Part shown: positions 57,175 to 64,000 of the stretch, one piece after another | Position numbering within the stretch: position 1 is the first letter of the stretch | How the letters are laid out: each line of letters opens with the position of its first letter | DNA from: Candidatus Cloacimonadales bacterium | GTDB lineage: Bacteria; Cloacimonadota; Cloacimonadia; Cloacimonadales; JAIOQZ01 | Reading direction: 5' to 3' | Assembly: GCA_963662655.2 (NCBI GenBank) | Contig: CAXXTU010000002.1 | Location: forward strand, 1,344,001 to 1,408,000 | DNA: 64,000 bases | Translations under genes and position numbers: made by a program | The notes under the pieces: generated by a model | Databases searched by the model: none | Seen by the model: the letters and a program-made list of their open reading frames with translations, nothing else | What the model was told of the DNA's origin: nothing

Positions 57175-59067
57175 ATGGCAAACGAGCAATTACGTAGAAT
57201 TGTTGCCACGGACTGCGGAAGTACGACGACCAAAGCCATTCTGATCGAATTTGTCGATGGCGAATATCGTCAGACTGTTCGCGGCGAAGCACCGACAACG
57301 GTTGAAGCGCCGCTCAACGATGTGACCAAAGGGGTCATCAATTCCGTGCAGGAGTTGGAAGAACTTGCCCAGCTCAAGTACAACAACAAGAACATCAAGT
57401 TTATCGAGAACGAGCAAATCATCATCCCTCGCAACGGCGATATCGGCGTGGACGCGTATGTTTCGACCAGTAGCGCCGGCGGCGGGCTTCAGATGATGGT
57501 TACCGGTGTTGTAGCCCGTATGACGGGGGAAAGCGCCGAACGCGCCGCTCTTGGCGCTGGTGCGATCGTGATGGATCTTATTGCCAGTAACGATCAGCGC
57601 GCAAACTATGAAAAGATCGAGCGCATTCGTCACCTGCGCCCGGACATGATCCTCATGGCCGGCGGTGTGGATGGCGGAACAACCAAGCACGTCGCCGAGC
57701 TCGCAGAGCTCGTAGCAGCTGCCGATCCCAAGCCTCGCCTGGGATCGAGCTACAAGCTTCCGGTTATCTACGCCGGTAACAAGGACGCTCAGGACATTAT
57801 AAAGGAAACCTTGGCCGACAAGAGCGATCTCATAATCACCGAGAACATACGCCCCACTCTCGAAGTGGAAAACCTCGGGCCGGCTCGCGACAAGATCCAT
57901 GACCTTTTCATGGAACACGTTATGCAACAGGCTCCGGGATACAACAAGCTGATGCAGTGGACGCGCGGTCCACTCAACGGTAAACTGCAGAGCATCCCCA
58001 TCATGCCAACTCCGGCCGCTGTGGGTAACATCATGCAGACCATCGCCCGTAACGAAGGCATCGAGGTGCTTGGTGTGGACATCGGCGGCGCAACCACCGA
58101 CGTTTTCTCCGTGTTCAAGGACAAGGACGTAAAAGAAGGCGAACCGCCGAAATACATATTCAACCGTACCGTCAGCGCGAACCTCGGAATGAGCTACTCG
58201 ATCTCCAACGTGCTGGCATCCGCCGGTCTGGACAACATCCTTCGCTGGGTACCGCTCGACATCGACGAATCCGAGCTTCGTAACATGATCAAGAACAAGA
58301 TGATCCGCCCCACCACGATTCCGCAGAAGCTGGAAGAGCTGGTGCTGGAGCAGGCCATCGCGAAGGAAGCGCTTCGTCTGGCATTCGTGCAGCATAAAGA
58401 ATTCGCCGTGACCCTCAAGGGTACCCAGAAGCAGCGCGAAATCTCGGAAGCATTCAGCCAGACGACATCCGGCGAAACCATCGTCGACATGATGTCGCTC
58501 GATCTGCTGGTTGGTTCCGGCGGTGTTGCGTCTCATGCGCCTCGCAGGCACCAGACCGTGCTCATGCTCATCGACGCTTTCCTGCCCGAAGGCATTACGC
58601 GTCTCGGCGTGGACAGTATCTTCATGATGCCGCACCTTGGCGTTCTCGCGGAAATCAGCGAGAAAGCCGCAACCGAAGTGTTTGATAAAGACTGTATGAT
58701 CTACCTCGGAACTTGCGTAGCCCCAGTCGGACCATTCAAGAGCAAGGGCCCGGCGCTCACGGCTGAGATCGAACTTTCGAACGGTGAGAAATTCACAGAA
58801 GAGATTCCCTTCGGCGAGATGCGCTTGATTCCTTGTGGAATCGGCGAAACTGCCAAGGCAAAGCTCAGACCGGGTAGAGGACTCGATCTGGGAGCCGGGA
58901 AGAACCAGGAAATAGAAACAACCCTCTGGGGCGGCGTCGTGGGCATCGTGCTGGATACACGCGGTCGTAATCCATTCGTCTTGCCGCCGGATCATGCCGA
59001 ACGTCGTAAACTTTTGAAGAAATGGATGAGCGAACTCAAAGTTTATCCTGAACCAATACTGAAATAG
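57175..59067 (+). CDS. Glutamate mutase L (GlmL/MutL-type, ASKHA ATPase) family protein
   Basis: TDCGSTTTK, TSSAGGGL.M, AALGAGA, AGGVDGG, MPTP.AV, VDIGGATTDVFS. Confidence 0.85.
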   Translation: MANEQLRRIVATDCGSTTTKAILIEFVDGEYRQTVRGEAPTTVEAPLNDVTKGVINSVQELEELAQLKYNNKNIKFIENEQIIIPRNGDIGVDAYVSTSSAGGGLQMMVTGVVARMTGESAERAALGAGAIVMDLIASNDQRANYEKIERIRHLRPDMILMAGGVDGGTTKHVAELAELVAAADPKPRLGSSYKLPVIYAGNKDAQDIIKETLADKSDLIITENIRPTLEVENLGPARDKIHDLFMEHVMQQAPGYNKLMQWTRGPLNGKLQSIPIMPTPAAVGNIMQTIARNEGIEVLGVDIGGATTDVFSVFKDKDVKEGEPPKYIFNRTVSANLGMSYSISNVLASAGLDNILRWVPLDIDESELRNMIKNKMIRPTTIPQKLEELVLEQAIAKEALRLAFVQHKEFAVTLKGTQKQREISEAFSQTTSGETIVDMMSLDLLVGSGGVASHAPRRHQTVLMLIDAFLPEGITRLGVDSIFMMPHLGVLAEISEKAATEVFDKDCMIYLGTCVAPVGPFKSKGPALTAEIELSNGEKFTEEIPFGEMRLIPCGIGETAKAKLRPGRGLDLGAGKNQEIETTLWGGVVGIVLDTRGRNPFVLPPDHAERRKLLKKWMSELKVYPEPILK

Positions 59068-59077
59068 GGAGGATCGT

Positions 59078-60202
59078 ATGGGAAAATCATTTTCGCAAGG
59101 ACTTGCTGTATCTGAAAACACCATCGTACGTAAAGAACGTATCCTTCCCCTCAAAGGCGAAGTGAAAGTCAAGAAAGGCGACAAGGTTTCCGCTGAAGAC
59201 ATCGTTGCGGTAACGATGCTTCCTGGAAAGGTTGTGCCGATCAATCTCGCGAACAAGCTTGGCGTCACGGCCGATCTCGTTACGCGATTCATCAAGGTGC
59301 AAGAGGGTGACAAGATCAAGCAGGGGCAGATTCTCGCTCAGACAAACGGTTTCCTTGGCATGTTCAAGTCGACCGTCCGCTCACCCACCGAAGGCGAGGT
59401 ACAGAACATATCCCGCCACACCGGTCAGATTCTCCTCAACGAGCCGCGCATCCCGGTCGAAGTGAGGGCTTTCATCGACGGCTACGTGGTTGAGGTGATC
59501 CCGGAGCAGGGCGTAGTTATCGAGAACAAGTCATCTTACATACAAGGTATTTTCGGTATCGGCGGAGAGATCAACGCTGAGATCGATGTGATCGCAGAAG
59601 CTGCCGACGAAGTCGTGACAGCCGACAAGATCAACGACAATCACAAAGGCAAGATCATCGTTACCGGTGAAATGCTTCACTACGACGCGATCATGAAAGC
59701 CAAGAAGGTTGGCGTATCCGGCATCATCACCGGCGGTATTCACGATCAAGATCTGAAGAAGCTTCTCGGCTACGATATCGGCGTTGCGATTACCGGCCAT
59801 GAAGAAGTCGGACTCACCATCGTTGTTACCGAAGGTTTTGGCCCGATCAAGATGGCGAACAAGACGTTCAATCTGCTCAAATCGTTCCAGGGCAAGAAAG
59901 TGTCCATGCACGGTTTCACGCAGATTCGCGCCGGCGTTATCCGTCCGGAAATCATCAAACCGATTGATTTCAAGGAAGACGAACTCATCGATCAGGAAGC
60001 CGAGCTTCCGATGATCGAGGTCGGCAAGGTGATCCGCGTGATCCGACAGCCGAACTTCGGAAAGATCGGTAAGGTCGTTGGAATGCCGGAAGAACTGACG
60101 AAAGTCGAGTCGGAGACGCTGGTTCGCGTTCTGGAAGCAGAGCTAGAAACAGGCGAAAAAGTGCTGATTCCCCGTGCAAACGTGGAGATCATCTCCGACT
60201 GA
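59078..60202 (+). CDS. Conserved hypothetical partner of the GlmL-like protein (barrel-sandwich hybrid motifs)
   Basis: GEVKVKKGDKV, RSPTEGEV, QGIFGIGG, AITGHE, TEGFG, TQIRAGVIRPE, IPRANVEI. Confidence 0.7.
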   Translation: MGKSFSQGLAVSENTIVRKERILPLKGEVKVKKGDKVSAEDIVAVTMLPGKVVPINLANKLGVTADLVTRFIKVQEGDKIKQGQILAQTNGFLGMFKSTVRSPTEGEVQNISRHTGQILLNEPRIPVEVRAFIDGYVVEVIPEQGVVIENKSSYIQGIFGIGGEINAEIDVIAEAADEVVTADKINDNHKGKIIVTGEMLHYDAIMKAKKVGVSGIITGGIHDQDLKKLLGYDIGVAITGHEEVGLTIVVTEGFGPIKMANKTFNLLKSFQGKKVSMHGFTQIRAGVIRPEIIKPIDFKEDELIDQEAELPMIEVGKVIRVIRQPNFGKIGKVVGMPEELTKVESETLVRVLEAELETGEKVLIPRANVEIISD

Positions 60203-60220
60203 TCGATAGATGTTCCTTTC

Positions 60221-60254
60221 AAGAGCGAGCCCTCAACGGGCTCGCTCTTTTTTT
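60221..60254 (+). terminator. Rho-independent terminator
   Basis: AAGAGCGAGCCC-TCAAC-GGGCTCGCTCTT followed by a T-tract. Confidence 0.85.
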
Positions 60255-60290
60255 ATCCCCGCGCACCATCCCGGAGTCAGCGCCATTCCC

Positions 60291-60444
60291 GCGGGGGCGG
60301 CGGCGTAAAGCCCGACCATCCTTCACGTTGCGCGACAGCCTATTGGTCTTCACCGCCGAGTCACTTTCGCCCATGAATTGCCGAGGGCTTTTGCAAGGTT
60401 CGTGAACCTTGCCGTGCGCGAAGCGCACACGCCGCCGCCGCCGC
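60291..60444 (+). repeat. Four-way-junction structured repeat, copy D
   Basis: P1 60291-306/60429-44, P2 AAAGCCC/GGGCTTT, P3 GCAAGGTTC/GAACCTTGC, P4 GTGCGC-GAA-GCGCAC. Confidence 0.8.
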
Positions 60445-60481
60445 TGCGTCGGGCAGACATCCCGGTGTACGGTACCCGCAT

Positions 60482-60509
60482 AAAAAAAGCCCCGCATTAA
60501 CAACGGGGC
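60482..60509 (-). terminator. Rho-independent terminator of the lipoprotein gene
   Basis: Minus strand GCCCCG...CGGGGC followed by T7. Confidence 0.75.
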
Positions 60510-60531
60510 ATATCGAAATCAGAATAATGCT

Positions 60532-61359
60532 CTATTGAAGATCAAGAATCATGTTCGCCAATTTCTTCATGTGGCTGATTTTCTCTTCGCGGGTCACCTC
60601 GCCGCAGCCGTACATATTGGACGCATACCATGATGTTGCCGTGTAAATAAGCGCTGAGCCGCTAAGGACATAGTTCAAGGAAGTCACCCCATACGAAAGT
60701 GACAGGTAGTTTTCTCGCTCTGCGCCAAAATCACTTACGCAGTTTGCCGGGAACGTGAAGGTACGGTCATCCACACCAAGTTCCTTGTAGTACTCGTCTT
60801 CATTGACCAAGTCATAGGTATCGTAGTTCCAAAGTTCGCTGTACGCGCTTGCAATCTGATGCTGGTTATTGCCATCGAGCGTCCAGCTGAAAACAACAGG
60901 TTCATCAACGCCGGTTACGGTATAAGGCGCATCCCAAGAAGCAAAATAAAGCCCTGTGATTGTTTCGGCAATCGTTTTGGTATACGTCACGCTGCCATTT
61001 TCAGAGAGCTCGTACGTGTAAGAAATCTCATATTCCTCTCCAGGAGTAAAGCCTGCTTCATAGGTATATGCAGCGTAGTTCAAACCACTCCAGCCTGAGA
61101 TATTCGTAACTTCCACACCATTTACAGCCAATGTGTGCTCATATGTGCCTGTGAAAGTATAGGGATTGGCAATTTCTTCAGAAATGGAAATGGTAACTTC
61201 GTCGCTACGATAATCGTGGTTTCCGACATAAATCAGAAAGTCGACTTCGTCCATCTGATTCATGATATTGGTAATCGAATTGTCCTTATCGTCATCATCG
61301 CTGCAACCAATGATCATCAATGCTGCTAATGCTAAAATGAGTAAAAGAAAACGTTTCAT
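60532..61359 (-). CDS. Lipoprotein, paralog family member 3
   Basis: GGAGG SD, lipobox IIGC followed by SDDDD; FSWTLDGNN, FTFPANC. Confidence 0.8.
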   Translation of the reverse strand: MKRFLLLILALAALMIIGCSDDDDKDNSITNIMNQMDEVDFLIYVGNHDYRSDEVTISISEEIANPYTFTGTYEHTLAVNGVEVTNISGWSGLNYAAYTYEAGFTPGEEYEISYTYELSENGSVTYTKTIAETITGLYFASWDAPYTVTGVDEPVVFSWTLDGNNQHQIASAYSELWNYDTYDLVNEDEYYKELGVDDRTFTFPANCVSDFGAERENYLSLSYGVTSLNYVLSGSALIYTATSWYASNMYGCGEVTREEKISHMKKLANMILDLQ

Positions 61360-61473
61360 AGTAACCTCCATACGTAATATATTCATTATTGAACGGTAAA
61401 TCATTCTGTCAAGCTTTTCGGGAATGGCATTATCCCGCAATAGACGTATGATATCTATCTTGAATGAGTTCGA

Positions 61474-61617
61474 TTACTTGAGATATTTGTTGTAATAGAT
61501 GAATCCTGCAGCAGTGCCGATAACGCTTCCAATCAGTTCGGGCATGAATCCGCCGACCAGATTGCCCAGAATGCCCCCGACCATGGCAAACACACTGATG
61601 ACAATCCATTTTCTCAC
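61474..61617 (-). CDS. 47-aa glycine-zipper membrane peptide (missed by the ORF track)
   Basis: GTG start after AGGT; MRKWIVISVFAMVGGILGNLVGGFMPELIGSVIGTAAGFIYYNKYLK. Confidence 0.6.
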   Translation of the reverse strand: MRKWIVISVFAMVGGILGNLVGGFMPELIGSVIGTAAGFIYYNKYLK

Positions 61618-61622
61618 AGCAC

Positions 61623-62045
61623 CTACTCTGTAATAAACAATTCAGATTCCTGCCACGGATTCAGCTTGCCGTCGTCCCGTAGAACGGGGACAATATAATA
61701 CTCTCCCGACTCTTCCTGAACGAGAAAATCCAAACGATGCTGCCACTTGAAGTCTTCGCCCCAGATGAGCACGTAAACCTCTTTTCCATCCTGGTCCGCG
61801 ATCGTGTATCCTTCCGGGTCGAAGGAATTGATCCGCACCTTCTCCACATCCACTTCCTTTTCCTTCAGAAATGCCGGCGACAGGTGTTTGACGAGCATGG
61901 AATCTGTAAAAGCGTATGTCTGCATTGCTTGCATGAATTGATCAACACACTCGATTTCCGGTGAGTCTTTGCTGCTCTTGTTTGCGGAGCATGCGGATAA
62001 AATCAGAATCGAAAGCAAAAAAAGAAACCAGGTTGCTTGCCTCAT
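61623..62045 (-). CDS. Hypothetical lipoprotein
   Basis: AAGGA SD, MRQATW...LSAC lipobox. Confidence 0.7.
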   Translation of the reverse strand: MRQATWFLFLLSILILSACSANKSSKDSPEIECVDQFMQAMQTYAFTDSMLVKHLSPAFLKEKEVDVEKVRINSFDPEGYTIADQDGKEVYVLIWGEDFKWQHRLDFLVQEESGEYYIVPVLRDDGKLNPWQESELFITE

Positions 62046-62074
62046 GGTGTATCCTTTGATCGAGTTTACGATTT

Positions 62075-63448
62075 TCAGCTCATCTCGCTCTTGCCCATCA
62101 TCCTCGAAGCGCTGAGCGGAGCTTTCTCTCTCACCATCGCACCGATCCTGCGGGAAAACTCGCGTATCTCCCACTGGGCGTGATTATCAGAACGCAATCT
62201 CGAAAAATGATAGAGCTCGCGCAAATTAGCTTTGAAGAGGAACGATACCTCGTGCGCGTTTGTAAGCGCGTAATCACCGAGCAGTCGATTGACGTCACGG
62301 AGCTTTCGCGCAAAATCAGCCGACTCCCCCATCACGTTCTTGAACTGTGTAATCAGCGTACCATCTCCATACGACGGTGGGATTACAAAGCTGTCCAGCC
62401 TGCCGGAGAAGAGAATCGTCGAAGTGCGATGCCGCTTCCACTGCGCGTAGCAGGAGGAAGACGCCTTCACCTGGAACATGAAATCCGCAGCCTCGAAACC
62501 ACGCGGCATCACGCTATAAGGCTTCAGACCCCTGAAAAGGTTCTCGAACGCCACAGCCTTTTCTGCATCGCTCCACGAAACCACGGCCTCGAGCATTACC
62601 CTGTAGTCTCCACCGAGTTCTTCGAACATCACGCCGGCCAGAACCCTTTCGTCGATGTGATCGGATGCATCCACCAGCACAAGCGTCTCTCCGGGAGCCT
62701 GCGAAACAATCGAGGGAATCCTCTCCGGGAGCGTCTTCTCGAAGTCGTCGGAATCGGTGTAGCGTATCAGCGAAGGAGCTATCTCCCTGGCTGCCGCTTC
62801 AAGCTTCTCCTTCAGTTGACGGGCCTCTGCGAGATTCACGCGATCGAGCCTGCGCAACATCCGTTGCAAGCTGCGGCAATTGATGGTCATGCCCATCTGG
62901 CTTTCGGTTGCGAGCGAAAGAACGTAGCGCGCATCTTCCTTCGCTGCGCCGTCCAGTTCACGCTTCTTCCCCTCGAATCCTGCAAGCTGGAGTTGTTCGC
63001 GCTGGGTTTCGAAGAGGTCGAAATAGAGCTGATTCTGTTTCCTGATCAATTCGTGGAACTGCGCTTCGAGTTCAGTTCCTTTAATCTCGTCCGGCGTAAC
63101 GTAATCACCCTCGAGGGTGACGTATCGCTGAGATTTTTCTGTAAAGGAAGCCAGCCTCGTCCGCTGAATCCATTCCGCGAGATAGCGCGAAACGCCAATC
63201 AGATCGAAATTGAATACCGCGTGCTCCGCGACGGAGCTATGCCCCATCTCGAAGATGATGGACTGATTGGACTTTCTGGCGCGATCAACCTCGGCAATCG
63301 CGTCCTTGCGCAATTGAGTGATCCGCTTGGGACTGCGGCTGATTCGGGCGTACGCGGCGGACAGGGTTTCGGGCGTCACGTTGTTGCGATCATCGAGCTG
63401 CTTGCTGATGGACGCGTCAATATTGAAGCCGGCTACCTCAATCTTCAT
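62075..63448 (-). CDS. thyX: FAD-dependent thymidylate synthase, tandem-domain form
   Basis: ARISRS, GHSSVAEHA, SFTEKSQRYV, EDARYVL, KRHR, NLREL.HF..LR...HAQWEIR. Confidence 0.9.
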   Translation of the reverse strand: MKIEVAGFNIDASISKQLDDRNNVTPETLSAAYARISRSPKRITQLRKDAIAEVDRARKSNQSIIFEMGHSSVAEHAVFNFDLIGVSRYLAEWIQRTRLASFTEKSQRYVTLEGDYVTPDEIKGTELEAQFHELIRKQNQLYFDLFETQREQLQLAGFEGKKRELDGAAKEDARYVLSLATESQMGMTINCRSLQRMLRRLDRVNLAEARQLKEKLEAAAREIAPSLIRYTDSDDFEKTLPERIPSIVSQAPGETLVLVDASDHIDERVLAGVMFEELGGDYRVMLEAVVSWSDAEKAVAFENLFRGLKPYSVMPRGFEAADFMFQVKASSSCYAQWKRHRTSTILFSGRLDSFVIPPSYGDGTLITQFKNVMGESADFARKLRDVNRLLGDYALTNAHEVSFLFKANLRELYHFSRLRSDNHAQWEIREFSRRIGAMVREKAPLSASRMMGKSEMS

Positions 63449-63467
63449 GGAAAACCTTCAACGCCTG

Positions 63468-64000
63468 TTATCTGGAAATATCAACGCTACGGCTCGATCC
63501 GATTCGATTCGCACCGGCCTTGAGCATCATCTCCGCGGTATGACGATCGCGGATGCCGCCGGCAGCCTTCACGCCAACCTTGGGTCCGACAACCTCACGC
63601 ATCAGAGCGACATCGTCAACCAAAGCGCCGGCCGGGCCGAATCCGGTGGATGTCTTAACGAATTCCGCTCCCGCTTTCTTCGCCAGCATGCAACTGATGA
63701 TCTTCTCCGTCTGACTCAGGTAACAAGTCTCAATGATGACCTTGAGGATCGCGTCCCCTTTCTGGCAAGCCTTGGAGACCTGTGCAATGTCTTTCAGCGT
63801 CTCGCGATAATGCTTGGCTTTCAAGCTGCTCAGATCGATAACCATGTCGATCTCGGTCGCGCCCTGTTCGATCGCCTTGCGTGTCTCGAAAACCTTGGTA
63901 TCCGTGAGATTGGCTCCGAGGGGAAATCCGATCACGCTGCAAACCTTCGTTTCATCACCGAGCTGGTAATGTGCCAGCTCCACGTGGCAAGGATTCACGC
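63468..64000 (-). CDS. deoC: Deoxyribose-phosphate aldolase (5' end outside the window)
   Basis: VIGFPLGA, EIDMV, LKVIIET, FVKTSTGF, KAAGGIR, RIGSS. Confidence 0.95.
   Translation of the reverse strand, partial: VNPCHVELAHYQLGDETKVCSVIGFPLGANLTDTKVFETRKAIEQGATEIDMVIDLSSLKAKHYRETLKDIAQVSKACQKGDAILKVIIETCYLSQTEKIISCMLAKKAGAEFVKTSTGFGPAGALVDDVALMREVVGPKVGVKAAGGIRDRHTAEMMLKAGANRIGSSRSVDISR

Noticed and set aside
57190..59319. 709-aa antisense ORF (likewise 62180-63523, 52550-53641, 3984-4985)
   Set aside because: Shadow ORFs opposite well-supported genes, expected from codon bias in GC-rich DNA.
11844..60444. Junction repeats as CRISPR, tRNA or integron attC sites
   Set aside because: They are dispersed rather than arrayed, have no T-loop or CCA, lack RYYYAAC/GTTRRRY ends, and no cas or intI gene is present.

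Overview
A bacterial chromosomal window, moderately GC-rich. It is probably from an anaerobe such as Cloacimonadota; this is inferred from gene content (FlgD-Ig and FN3-tailed secreted proteins, a GlmL-like module, an ArcE-like enzyme, tandem ThyX). Most of the window is housekeeping (comM/yifB, cobB, amidase, ribH-nusB, murJ, uvrC, lgt, purB/S/Q, pssA, comF, thyX, deoC, tRNA-Pro). Two things stand out. (1) 1012-10128 (minus) is a compact, apparently intact phage-derived operon of about 9 kb with its own sigma70-like promoter. Its order is scaffold, BPP-1/epsilon15-type capsid and cement, adaptor, terminator, tail tube, chaperone pair with an intact -1 frameshift, a short tape measure, two tail-tip proteins, a small lysis protein and an M15 endolysin. 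It has no terminase, portal, integrase, repressor or replication genes and lies divergent from comM, so it is a candidate domesticated gene-transfer-agent-like or DNA-less particle system. (2) Four dispersed intergenic elements (11844, 26169, 40636, 60291) differ in sequence but all fold into the same four-way junction, with compensatory changes and a conserved GNR-loop mini-hairpin. This is a candidate unrecognised structured ssDNA/RNA element. The window also has an orphan Rhs toxin/immunity remnant, a vWA-HATPase sensor with no H-box, a Psd-like protein lacking its catalytic serine, and a three-member lipoprotein family. All calls rest on motif recognition by eye; no searches were run.
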